Assembly: GCA_964291405.2 (NCBI GenBank)
Contig: OZ219926.1
Coordinates: 96,001 to 160,000, forward strand
Source: Thermodesulfobacteriota bacterium
GTDB lineage: Bacteria > Desulfobacterota > Binatia > Bin18
Reading direction: 5' to 3'
Length of the DNA: 64,000 bases
Below, piece after piece: positions 10,245 to 19,227 of this stretch. Position 1 is the first letter of the stretch; each line of letters opens with the position of its first letter. The notes beneath the pieces were generated by a model, which was given only the letters and a program-made list of their open reading frames with translations, ran no database searches and had not been told where the DNA came from. The translations under genes were made by a program, and so were the position numbers.

Positions 10245-12530
10245 CTACCCATTGCTCTTGGCGGTAACGTTTTTTTCTCGAAGGGACGCATACACTTTTT
10301 CTGCGGTCACGGGTAAATCCATCAGACGAACCCCCACCGCATCGAAGACGGCGTTTGCCACCGCGGCTGGTACGGCCACATTGCTGTGTTCACCTATGGC
10401 CTTGCCGGCGTACGGTGCCGGGCCGGCGTCGCTTTCGACCAGAACGGTTTTCAGCTCCGGAATATCCATGCTGGTCGGCAGTTTATAGTCACCCAGATGG
10501 ACATTCGTCACGGCTCCGTCCTGCACAATCAGATGTTCGGTTAGCGCGTGGCCGACCCCTTGGATCGCCCCACCTTCAACTTGTCCCTGGTGGGTGAGCG
10601 GATTGAGAACTGTGCCGACATCGTGTGCCGTCGTGAGTTTCTTCAGGGTCACTTGGCCGGTTGCCGGATCAACTTCGACTTCGGCTATTTGAGCACAGAA
10701 CGAGGTCACATCCACGGGGTCTTCCGCCACATATTCTCCGGTGTAGCGTAACGGCAGCTCTTCCCGGTCGGCGAGTGCGGCCATCAGCGTGGGGAGCGCA
10801 AGGCGCTGTCCGTTCGTATTCACAAACTCACCCGCCTGATATGCGACCTGCTCCCGCGGACTTTCCATGTGCCGCGCCGCAAATGCCGTGAGGCCTTCTT
10901 TTAATTTTTGAACAGCGGCAAGGGTCGCCTGACCGGCCATATGCGTCAGACGGCTTCCCCCAGCGCCCACTTCCCAAGGAGCGGAGTCGGTACTGCCCTG
11001 CACGACCCTGACGGATTCCAAAGGGACCCGTAATTCTTCAGCCACGACCTGCTGCAGAACCGTATACGAGCCGGTACCTGTATCAGCCGCGCCCGTCATG
11101 AGGGTCAGCGTGGCGTCGGCAGCTATGCTCAAGGTTGCGCTCGATGGCCCAAACGCGCCCGGCTCGCGGTCATACATGCCTATGCCGCGCCCTATATTGG
11201 CCGCTTTTTCCGTGTCCCACTTCGCTTCCTTGGCCGCAGCCTCCAGCGTCTCTTTGCAGCGGATCTTCTTCCATTTCTCGCCTAGCGGAGCAGCATCGCC
11301 TTCGACTAACGTGTTGCGGAGCCGAAACTCCAAGGGGTCAAGCCCCAGTTCCTGGGCAATGAGGTCCATATGGCTCTCAACTCCAAAAACGATCTGGGGT
11401 GCGCCCGGTGCGCGCATATGCCCGGCGGGAACGGTGTTGGTGTAGACCCGGAAGACTTCGATCTCGACATTGGGCATCCGATACGGACCAGCGGCGTGAA
11501 CACTGCCGTGCACGGTATGCAGGGGCGTGAATGCGCTATAGGCACCGCAGCTAAAAACCAGCCTGGCCTTGCGGGCAACAATCCGGCCGTTGGCGTCTAC
11601 GCCGGTCCGGAGCGTGATGACCGCCGGATGACGCGGATTACCGGCTAACAGCTCTTCGGTATAGGTCATGACCATTTTTACCGGCCGGCCTGCAGCCGCG
11701 GCCAAGTGATAGCACACAACGCTATCCATCAATGAACCTTTACCGCCAAAATCACCGCCAATGGGTGCAGTGTTGACGCACACATGGTCCTCGGTCACGC
11801 CGAGCGCAGCAGCAAACTGGGCCCGAGCCACAAAGGGGGTCTTATTGGAAATCCACAGATTGACTTTGCCGTCCGGCTCAATCTGGACGACGCTGGCATG
11901 CGGCTCAATGTAGCCCTGATGAACCGGGGGAATGGTAAACGTATGGGTAAACTCGTGGGTGGCGTGGGCAAAGCCGGCTTCAATATCACCGTGGATGTAA
12001 AATACCTGTGACACCACGTTGGGAATGTCGGGGTACAGGCGGTCGTCACCCGGATGAACAAAATCAGGCACCGGCGGATGGGTGTAGGTGCTGGTGTCGA
12101 CATGGACGCGCGGCGCGTCTTGCCGCATGGCCTCGACGGGATCAAAGACTGCGGGCAGGGCTTCATACTCGACTACTATGCGGGTGAGCGCTTCCTCGGC
12201 AATGTCCATGGACTCAGCCGCAACCGCAACCACCTTCTCACCCACAAAACGAACCACATCACGTGCGAGGACGGGCTTGTCCAAAAAGAAGCGACCAATG
12301 CGGCGGTCCGGCAGCTCAGCTCCGGTAATGACCGCGTGGACGCCGGCCAGCGCTTTTGCCTGTGAGGTATCAATCGAGACAATTCGCGCGTGGGGAAACG
12401 GGCTGCGCAGACATTTGCCGTACAGCAAACCGGGCAGCCGAATATCCGCGGTATAGCGGGCCTGTCCGGTTACTTTTGACGGCCCTTCCACATGGCCTGC
12501 CGGTTGTCCAACGCTGGCTAAATTCGCCAT
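10245..12530 (-). CDS. Xanthine dehydrogenase family molybdopterin-binding (large) subunit, substrate unknown
   Basis: IGGDFGGKG, HMRAPG, GQVEGGAIQGVG, KAIGE; RBS GGAGG before ATG 12530; lacks the CODH AYxCSFR motif. Confidence 0.92.
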   Translation of the reverse strand: MANLASVGQPAGHVEGPSKVTGQARYTADIRLPGLLYGKCLRSPFPHARIVSIDTSQAKALAGVHAVITGAELPDRRIGRFFLDKPVLARDVVRFVGEKVVAVAAESMDIAEEALTRIVVEYEALPAVFDPVEAMRQDAPRVHVDTSTYTHPPVPDFVHPGDDRLYPDIPNVVSQVFYIHGDIEAGFAHATHEFTHTFTIPPVHQGYIEPHASVVQIEPDGKVNLWISNKTPFVARAQFAAALGVTEDHVCVNTAPIGGDFGGKGSLMDSVVCYHLAAAAGRPVKMVMTYTEELLAGNPRHPAVITLRTGVDANGRIVARKARLVFSCGAYSAFTPLHTVHGSVHAAGPYRMPNVEIEVFRVYTNTVPAGHMRAPGAPQIVFGVESHMDLIAQELGLDPLEFRLRNTLVEGDAAPLGEKWKKIRCKETLEAAAKEAKWDTEKAANIGRGIGMYDREPGAFGPSSATLSIAADATLTLMTGAADTGTGSYTVLQQVVAEELRVPLESVRVVQGSTDSAPWEVGAGGSRLTHMAGQATLAAVQKLKEGLTAFAARHMESPREQVAYQAGEFVNTNGQRLALPTLMAALADREELPLRYTGEYVAEDPVDVTSFCAQIAEVEVDPATGQVTLKKLTTAHDVGTVLNPLTHQGQVEGGAIQGVGHALTEHLIVQDGAVTNVHLGDYKLPTSMDIPELKTVLVESDAGPAPYAGKAIGEHSNVAVPAAVANAVFDAVGVRLMDLPVTAEKVYASLREKNVTAKSNG

Positions 12531-12610
12531 AATGACCTCCACAGTCAGATACTACCCAAAGTACGGATATCGTCATGAATCCTTTTCGCAGTCAAGCGCC
12601 GTGGGCCAGA

Positions 12611-12640
12611 TTGACTTGAAAGGTTGCGGGTCAGTATAGT
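12611..12640 (+). promoter_or_regulatory. Putative sigma70 promoter
   Basis: TTGACT-N18-TATAGT upstream of the hairpin and ORF 12725. Confidence 0.6.
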
Positions 12641-12653
12641 CGCCCTAGGGGAG

Positions 12654-12707
12654 AAAGAGGAATCGTCTCCTCCACTAACGGCGAGACGCGGGAGACGGTT
12701 CCTCTTT
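12654..12707. repeat. Dispersed palindromic element, divergent copy 6, in a 5' leader
   Basis: AAAGAGGAATCGTCTCC-TCCACTAACGGCGAGACGCG-GGAGACGGTTCCTCTTT; arm changes are compensatory relative to the other copies. Confidence 0.75.
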
Positions 12708-12724
12708 AGTGTCAGGAGCTCTGC

Positions 12725-13054
12725 ATGTGCCTATGGGAGCGAGTGATTGGGATGCCGAGTTTCGATATTGGAGTTGGACATGGCTCCGCCTATCACCTGG
12801 TTGAAGAAAATATTGCGCGCTATGTGGTCAAGGCATACCGTGGCCGGCCCGAGCGCGCGCTGACGGCCGGCAGCATTGTTCGGCATATTATACAGGAGCT
12901 AGGTATCTCCGGGTTCTGCTTACAACCGGAGCATATCGTGAAGTGGGTCTCGGTGTTTGAAGAACGGACGGGCCGAAAGATTCTTGAAGCGGAGACAGGC
13001 ACGTTTCCGGTACGCTACCGGTGCGTATATCACAAAGACATTCGGATTCTCTGA
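12725..13054 (+). CDS. Hypothetical protein, 109 aa (possible winged helix)
   Basis: AGGAG RBS, its own promoter and terminator; no family recognised. Confidence 0.65.
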   Translation: MCLWERVIGMPSFDIGVGHGSAYHLVEENIARYVVKAYRGRPERALTAGSIVRHIIQELGISGFCLQPEHIVKWVSVFEERTGRKILEAETGTFPVRYRCVYHKDIRIL

Positions 13055-13095
13055 GTAGGTGGGCATATAGCGGGGTGGCTGCCTGCTCCAGTCAA

Positions 13096-13131
13096 AACGG
13101 CCAAGGGTGTATACCCCTGGCCGTTCTTTTT
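13096..13131. terminator. Putative intrinsic terminator between convergent genes
   Basis: AACGGCCAAGGG-TGTATA-CCCCTGGCCGTT followed by CTTTTT. Confidence 0.65.
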
Positions 13132-13151
13132 GCGAGCGGGACGCTGAAAGT

Positions 13152-14330
13152 TCAGGCGTTCAGCTTGACTTCGTCCGCTGCGGTCGGACCTTCGACTCTA
13201 TACAGCTTTTGTCCGTTGTCCCACAGGATCTTACGCCGGACTTCCTCGTCACAATCGTCCAGACCGCTCCTGATACGCTCATGAACCTCGTCGCCGTACA
13301 GCGAGGTCGGATGGGGAAAGTCGGTTTCAAACATGATCCGGTCAGCCCCGACCTTGTCGATCAGACGCCGTGGGGCGATCTGCTCGAACCAGTAGCAGGC
13401 GTAGATATTCCGCGCAAAATACTCGGACGGCAGCATATCCAGGTCGGGCCGTTCTTCCGGGACGCGGTTGCCGAGGAATTGATAATCCAGGGCTTCGAGG
13501 GCAAACGGAATCCAGCCGATCCCGCTCTCAACCGAGACAAATTTAATGCTGGGATAACGGGCCAGGACACCCGAAATGATCAGGTCGCTCAGCTGAATGC
13601 CGTTGCGCATAAAGATATCAACCGAAAGCTCGGCAAACGCCGCCATTTTACCGTAGGTCTTCACCTTGTCGCGCCGCAGTCCGCCATCCATATTGCCGGA
13701 GCCAATATGAAAGCTGATCGGCTGGTCGAGTTCACAGGCAACTTCCCACAACGGATTCCAGTGCGGGTCGCCCAGGAGGGGTTGGCCGAGCGATTGCGGG
13801 TCTCCGGTGAAGAGAATGCCTTTATGACCCATGGCGTGACAGCGCCGGATTTCTTCAACTGCGGCGTCAACATCCCAGAAGGGCGTTGAGGTAATCGGGA
13901 GCAGGCGGCGCGAGTCGGCTGACGCCCATTCGGTCTGCCAATCGTTATACACCTTGACACAGGTGAGCTTGAGGTCGGGGTCTTCGAGGCGGAGAAACTC
14001 CTGGCTGCCAAACCCCCCGACGTTGGGATACATGACCATCGCCCAGATACCCATCTCATCCATGTATTTGAGGCGCTCCTTGGCGTCGAATGCCCCTGGG
14101 TGCATCTCATCATACGACTTGGGCCAGTTGGTCATATCGCCTACCCCCGCGGTGGCGGTCAGTCCCGGATTGGCGATGCGCCGATCGCCGAGGAACCACC
14201 ACTGGCGTCCCCTGGCGTCGAGGTCAACGCGGGGGACCGAGTCTTTGAATTTGTCGGGGACCCGACTGGTCCACAGGTCCGGCGTCTCCGTTACGTGAGT
14301 ATCAACGTCAATGATTGTATAGCCACTCAT
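13152..14330 (-). CDS. Amidohydrolase_2 family protein
   Basis: IIDVDTHVTE, FHIG, VESGIGW, IMFETDFPH. Confidence 0.92.
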   Translation of the reverse strand: MSGYTIIDVDTHVTETPDLWTSRVPDKFKDSVPRVDLDARGRQWWFLGDRRIANPGLTATAGVGDMTNWPKSYDEMHPGAFDAKERLKYMDEMGIWAMVMYPNVGGFGSQEFLRLEDPDLKLTCVKVYNDWQTEWASADSRRLLPITSTPFWDVDAAVEEIRRCHAMGHKGILFTGDPQSLGQPLLGDPHWNPLWEVACELDQPISFHIGSGNMDGGLRRDKVKTYGKMAAFAELSVDIFMRNGIQLSDLIISGVLARYPSIKFVSVESGIGWIPFALEALDYQFLGNRVPEERPDLDMLPSEYFARNIYACYWFEQIAPRRLIDKVGADRIMFETDFPHPTSLYGDEVHERIRSGLDDCDEEVRRKILWDNGQKLYRVEGPTAADEVKLNA

Positions 14331-14503
14331 ATATGTGCCTCCTTCAGCCGCCGTTCTGAGGCCCTAGCGTAGCTGAGGACTTGACAATTGCCAAGTCGGA
14401 CGGCAGGGACTGGTGATTCCGTGACTGGGGTGGTCGTTGTCATCAACCTGTCCGTATATGATACACTGAATTCAGTCGCACCAACGAGGCAAGGGAGGAC
14501 TGC

Positions 14504-14749
14504 ATGGCAACAAAAAAGGATATTGCCCTGGTAAGAGAACTGCGGCCCAGTAACCCAACAGAAGAACAGGTAACAGAAAAGGAGCCCTCTCTGATAGAAA
14601 AATTTCGACTCACGAGCCTGGCAGCGGAATTTGAGCAGCATAGCCAGGCAGAAATCGAACGTTTGGGCAGTGAGAATCCTGATTTTGACGAGCCACTCTA
14701 CCACGAAGCCGTCTCCCTCGTCCTGCGGAAACTCGGCCGACATCGATAA
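14504..14749 (+). CDS. Hypothetical protein, 81 aa, directly upstream of the SMC-like ATPase
   Basis: GGAGG RBS; charged and helical; 19-bp gap to the next gene. Confidence 0.7.
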   Translation: MATKKDIALVRELRPSNPTEEQVTEKEPSLIEKFRLTSLAAEFEQHSQAEIERLGSENPDFDEPLYHEAVSLVLRKLGRHR

Positions 14750-14768
14750 TTAAGTCAAGGACGCTTTC

Positions 14769-17033
14769 ATGATCATTACGAGTGTTCACGCGAAAAATGT
14801 GCTTCGTTATACGGAACTGAAGCTGACGAATCTCCCCCGGCGAGGAGTGATTGGCATAAGCGGCGCAAATGAATCCGGCAAAACGACCATTGCCGAGATT
14901 CTGTGTCTGGCGCTGTTTGGCCGGACGTTCTCCCATGCCGAGGGCGACTTCCAAAAAAATATCAAGTGGGGCGAGTTTGGTGCTTCAGTCTCTGTTGGCT
15001 TTCTTGCCAAGGATAAACACAGCTATCTGATTACCCGCTCTTTTGACGCAGACGGGAATCACTTGGCTCAGCTTCGCAGGGAAGGGGAAGACGAGCCTTT
15101 TGTCCGTGGAGCCGCTGCTGTGAACGAGAATGTCGCTCAGCTGTGTGGTTTTACCTATCAACGTTTTATTGATTCCTTCTATTTAGCCCAGCGCAACATC
15201 GCCTCTCCGTCTATCCTCCTCCAGACCGCCAAGGCGTTGGCAGGTGTCGAAACCTTTGAGCAGGTAGCGACTGAATGTGAGTCCGATATCCACGCCCTCC
15301 AGGAAGAACTCGCCCCTCTGCATGGCGGCCTTGCCGAGGCTCGCCAGCAGCGCAGTGAACTCAATATCCAGGCTGATGCGTTACCGAATTTGAAGACGGA
15401 ACGGGACGCGCAAACCACAGCCGTTGCTGAGCGAAAAAAAGAGAATACGGTCCGTCAGTTAACGCTCGACCGGCTGAGCGCTGCAACCGCAGAGATCGCC
15501 GAGCTAGTGAAAAAGACGATACGCGCCACTCGCGATACCGGCTTGAAGCAGTGGCTCCATTATGCGGAGAACATCGATACGGCCACACAAAACGTAGACG
15601 CGGCGAGTGAAGGGGCAGAATCCGGTTCGGGTCCACGACTGACCGGGGCACTACAGTCTTGGCGTGACGATTTGCACAAGCGTCTTGAGGCTTTTACCCC
15701 GGTGCGTAACGCGGCAGCTGCTTATCGCCAACGTTTGGCCTGGCTCATTGGCCAGGGAGAGCGACCGGCCGAGGTTGACGCTCGTGCGCGCTCTTTACCC
15801 GACCAGAGAGCACTGCTTCTCAGTCAGGGGGAAGGCATACGCGGGAAGCGGACCGGTCCTATTATCGGCTTTTTTGGCGCGTTTCTGTTGATGATTATGA
15901 GTTGGAGCGTGCTCTGGTTTCTGAACTATATGCCAGACCACGCCATCGGACAGTGGCTCAGCAACGACCTGCAACTACAGGTGACGCACACTACCGTGCT
16001 TTCTCTTGTTGCCATAGTCTCCAGTGGGCTGAGCCTGTTGTTGCTGGTTATGGTTTTCATTTTGACGGAGCGGATTCTGACCGCGCGGCAAAAGGCCGCC
16101 CGCCTCCAAGCCGACCAAGAAGAAATCAAAGCCCAGCTCCAAAGCTTAGACGATCTTCCCCAGCAATCCCTGGTAACTGAGATCGCGACGCTTAATGCCT
16201 GTGATGATCCACAATTGAAAGAAGCTCTGACCCAGTTTGTTAGTGGTCCCGGCGCGTCGCTGCTCGATGCAGAGGTGCTCGCAGCGTTTCTTGCTCCGCT
16301 GGAGGCTGCAAGCCTCACCTGCCGGGAGGATGCTGACGCTATCACCAGACGGATAACTGAAGAAATACAGTCGGTTGAGACGAACATGGCTGCCATACGC
16401 CAAGACCTCGACCGTTTGGACCAGGCCATTACGGAAGAAGAGCGTCGCCTCAATAAAGCGGCGCAGCTGGACCAGGAGGTCGCTGCGTTCGAAAAGGATA
16501 TTGATAGCAAAACCCACAGTATTGAAGTACGGCGGACCGCGCAAAATCTCCTCGCTGGCTCACACCGTCGTTTACTGAGCCGGTTTAACCTGGAGATGCG
16601 GCACGTTGTGAGTAAAATCATGCCGAAGCTCACTGAGGGGCGCTACGAGACCATGCAGATCGATAATGATCTCAACGTCCGGGTATGGTCGAGTGAAAAG
16701 GGTCATTTTGTTGATTTGAATGAGATTTCGGGAGGAACATATAATCAGGTTATGCTGGCCATCCGTCTCGCCTTGTCACAAGCCCTGATTACCTCATCGC
16801 TGTGTGGCGTTGAGTGCCTGATTCTTGATGAGCCGTTCGCCTTTTTTGACGCCCAGCGTACCCAAAAGACTCTGGAAATTTTGCCTCAGGTCAGTCCTGA
16901 AATCGAACAGATGTGGATTATTGCTCAGCGGTTTGACGACAGCAGCCCCTTTGCCCTGCACCTGAATTGCTCACGGGACTCGGAGGTTTTGATCGCCCCC
17001 GTGGGCGAATATGAGGCGCTGGAGGAGGGGTAG
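14769..17033 (+). CDS. SbcC/Rad50-like ABC ATPase with coiled coils and central transmembrane hairpin
   Basis: Walker A GANESGKT, Q-loop YLAQ, signature ISGG, Walker B LILDEPF; two hydrophobic helices in mid-protein. Confidence 0.85.
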   Translation: MIITSVHAKNVLRYTELKLTNLPRRGVIGISGANESGKTTIAEILCLALFGRTFSHAEGDFQKNIKWGEFGASVSVGFLAKDKHSYLITRSFDADGNHLAQLRREGEDEPFVRGAAAVNENVAQLCGFTYQRFIDSFYLAQRNIASPSILLQTAKALAGVETFEQVATECESDIHALQEELAPLHGGLAEARQQRSELNIQADALPNLKTERDAQTTAVAERKKENTVRQLTLDRLSAATAEIAELVKKTIRATRDTGLKQWLHYAENIDTATQNVDAASEGAESGSGPRLTGALQSWRDDLHKRLEAFTPVRNAAAAYRQRLAWLIGQGERPAEVDARARSLPDQRALLLSQGEGIRGKRTGPIIGFFGAFLLMIMSWSVLWFLNYMPDHAIGQWLSNDLQLQVTHTTVLSLVAIVSSGLSLLLLVMVFILTERILTARQKAARLQADQEEIKAQLQSLDDLPQQSLVTEIATLNACDDPQLKEALTQFVSGPGASLLDAEVLAAFLAPLEAASLTCREDADAITRRITEEIQSVETNMAAIRQDLDRLDQAITEEERRLNKAAQLDQEVAAFEKDIDSKTHSIEVRRTAQNLLAGSHRRLLSRFNLEMRHVVSKIMPKLTEGRYETMQIDNDLNVRVWSSEKGHFVDLNEISGGTYNQVMLAIRLALSQALITSSLCGVECLILDEPFAFFDAQRTQKTLEILPQVSPEIEQMWIIAQRFDDSSPFALHLNCSRDSEVLIAPVGEYEALEEG

Positions 17034-17116
17034 GGACTATATGAGTCCTTTGAGTCCTTGAGACCCAAAGAACCAACGCATCCTGTATAACCACAAATCT
17101 CAGTCAAGGAGATCGT

Positions 17117-18268
17117 ATGGATTTCGCTCTCACTAAAGAACAAGAAGCGTTTCGCGCGGAAATCCGGGAGTTCCTGTCGAGCGAGGTGCCGGCTGAGGCA
17201 CGGGTTGAAGACGGCTGGATTAGCGGCTATTCGCGTGAATTTTCTCAGAAACTTGGCCAGCAGGGCTGGATCGGATTGACCTGGCCCAAGCAATACGGCG
17301 GGCAAGAGAAGTCGTATCTTGACCGCTTGATCCTGACCGAAGAACTGCTGCGTACCGGAGCCCCGGTCGCGGCGCACTGGCTGGGGGATCGTCAGGTTGG
17401 TCCGGCGCTGCTGGCGTATGGAAGTGAAGAGCAAAAACAAGAAATACTCCCGCAAGTCTGTAAAGGTGAGATCGTCTTTTGTCTGGGTATGAGTGAACCT
17501 GGATCTGGCTCGGACCTGGCTTCGCTCCAGACCCGGGCGAAAGAGGAGGGAGATCACTATACCTTGAACGGCCAAAAAATTTGGACCAGCTTCGCCCATG
17601 TTGCAGACTACGCCTATCTGGTTGCTCGTACGGACCCGGATGCACCGAAGCATAGGGGGATCAGTGAGTTCTTGGTTGCGATGGATACCCCGGGTGTTGA
17701 TGTGCGACCCCTCATAGATGCCACAGGGGAACATCATTTTAATGAGGTTTTTTTTGATAACGCTGAGATACCGAAAAACCGGCTGATTGGTGAGAAAAAT
17801 CGAGGCTGGTACCAGATTGCCTCTCAGCTTGACTATGAACGCAGTGGCATTGAGCGGTTGTTGAGTAATTATCCCCTTTTTCAGGATGCTGTTCGGTACG
17901 CAAAGGAACAGGGGCTGACGAAAGACCCGCTTGTCCGGGACACACTGTCTCAGCTTCAGATCGAGCTCGATTTGGGTCGTTCCATGGTTTACAAGGTGGC
18001 GTGGTATCTGACTCAGAAGATGGTGCCGAACTATGAGGCCGCCATGGCAAAGTGTTTTTGTACCGAAGTGGAACAGCGTATTGCCAAAGCGGTGAGTGAA
18101 CTGCTGGGTGATTATGCGGTCCTCTTGCCGGGCTCGCTTCATGCTCGCTTAGCCGGCCGTGCGGCCCGAGAATATCTGTATGCCCCGGCCTACACCATCC
18201 AGGGCGGAACGAGTAATATTCTGCGCAATATCGTCGCGATCCGCGGCCTGGGTTTGCAGCCAGGGTAG
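17117..18268 (+). CDS. Acyl-CoA dehydrogenase
   Basis: GMSEPGSGSDLASL, NGQKIWTS, FNEVFFD, TIQGGTSNILRN. Confidence 0.95.
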   Translation: MDFALTKEQEAFRAEIREFLSSEVPAEARVEDGWISGYSREFSQKLGQQGWIGLTWPKQYGGQEKSYLDRLILTEELLRTGAPVAAHWLGDRQVGPALLAYGSEEQKQEILPQVCKGEIVFCLGMSEPGSGSDLASLQTRAKEEGDHYTLNGQKIWTSFAHVADYAYLVARTDPDAPKHRGISEFLVAMDTPGVDVRPLIDATGEHHFNEVFFDNAEIPKNRLIGEKNRGWYQIASQLDYERSGIERLLSNYPLFQDAVRYAKEQGLTKDPLVRDTLSQLQIELDLGRSMVYKVAWYLTQKMVPNYEAAMAKCFCTEVEQRIAKAVSELLGDYAVLLPGSLHARLAGRAAREYLYAPAYTIQGGTSNILRNIVAIRGLGLQPG

Positions 18269-18269
18269 A

Positions 18270-18322
18270 ATGAGTAAACGTATCCAGCATCTGCATGTTT
18301 ATTGGAGGACACGTTTACTCAT
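18270..18322. repeat. Dispersed palindromic element, copy 2 (opposite orientation to copy 1)
   Basis: ATGAGTAAACGTATCC-AGCATCTGCATGTTTATTGGA-GGACACGTTTACTCAT, 1 nt after a stop codon. Confidence 0.88.
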
Positions 18323-18405
18323 CGGGACAGCATAAGAGTGAGCGGTTGCTCTTATGCTGCTCGGTCTTTGAGACGGGCCAGTCGGCCCTGACTGAAGGAG
18401 TGCCC

Positions 18406-19158
18406 ATGCTTTTGGAAAATAAAGTTGCGCTTATTACTGGATCCGTCCGAGGGACCGGAGCTGGCATTGCCCGTGTTTTCGCCGGCGAAGGAGCGAAGGT
18501 TGTCATTAACCAAGTCAAAGAAGAAGGTAATCCTCAACAGGTGCTTGAAGAAATCGAATCAGCTGGTGGGCAAGCCCTGTTTGTCAAGGCAGACATTACA
18601 GATGAAACCCAAGTTGCTGATATGATTCGCCAAACCGAAGATCGATTTGGCCAGGTTGATATCCTCGTTAACAATTATGCTGGCAGTATTCCGCAGAAAC
18701 TGTTTCAGGACACAACCTGGGCGGACTGGCAGTATCAGCTCGATACGACGGTCAAAGCCGCCTTTTTGTGTGCGCAGGCGGTTTTGCCTGGAATGAGAAC
18801 GCGACGGTGGGGGCGGATCATCAGCATCAACACGATCGGCATTCATCAACCAAGCCCACACTATCACGCTTATATTGCAGCAAAAACAGCGATGTTGGGC
18901 TTCTCTCGCAATTTAGCGGTTGAATGTGGTCAGTATAATATCACCGTCAATATTGTCTCTCCCGGCTTGACCTTAACTCAGGAAGTCCAAGACATGATGA
19001 CGGATGAAACCCAGGCAAGGCATGAGAGCAAAGTGCCGTTGCGCAGAACAGGAACCGTTGAGGATACGGCAAACGCGGCGCTGTTTTTTGCGTCTGAGTT
19101 GGGCAGCTTCGTTACCGGCCACTACATGCCAGTGTGTGGTGGGCAGGTGTTAGAGTAG
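18406..19158 (+). CDS. SDR family oxidoreductase (FabG-like)
   Basis: TGSVRGTG, DILVNN, YIAAK; AAGGAG RBS before ATG 18406 (the longer ORF call reads through the repeat). Confidence 0.9.
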   Translation: MLLENKVALITGSVRGTGAGIARVFAGEGAKVVINQVKEEGNPQQVLEEIESAGGQALFVKADITDETQVADMIRQTEDRFGQVDILVNNYAGSIPQKLFQDTTWADWQYQLDTTVKAAFLCAQAVLPGMRTRRWGRIISINTIGIHQPSPHYHAYIAAKTAMLGFSRNLAVECGQYNITVNIVSPGLTLTQEVQDMMTDETQARHESKVPLRRTGTVEDTANAALFFASELGSFVTGHYMPVCGGQVLE

Positions 19159-19227
19159 GCTGAAGGATTGCTCATTTGATAAATGTGAGACTGATAATGT
19201 TTCTTTTGTAAAATTTGAGAGGGATAT

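Noticed and set aside
10245-12530. Aerobic CO dehydrogenase (coxL)
   Set aside because: No AYxCSFR motif, and the gene order is L-S-M rather than M-S-L.
17035-17070. Short TGAGTCCTT tandem repeat, plus small hairpins at ~2800-2825, ~8351-8377 and ~32562-32585
   Set aside because: Too short or too few copies to assign; probably ordinary 3'-end hairpins or decayed REP-like sequence.
16925-18142. Long antisense or overlapping ORFs (e.g. 16925-18142, 5154-6038, 701-1534, 24645-25058 extension)
   Set aside because: Shadow frames of well-supported genes in GC-rich DNA, with no motifs of their own.
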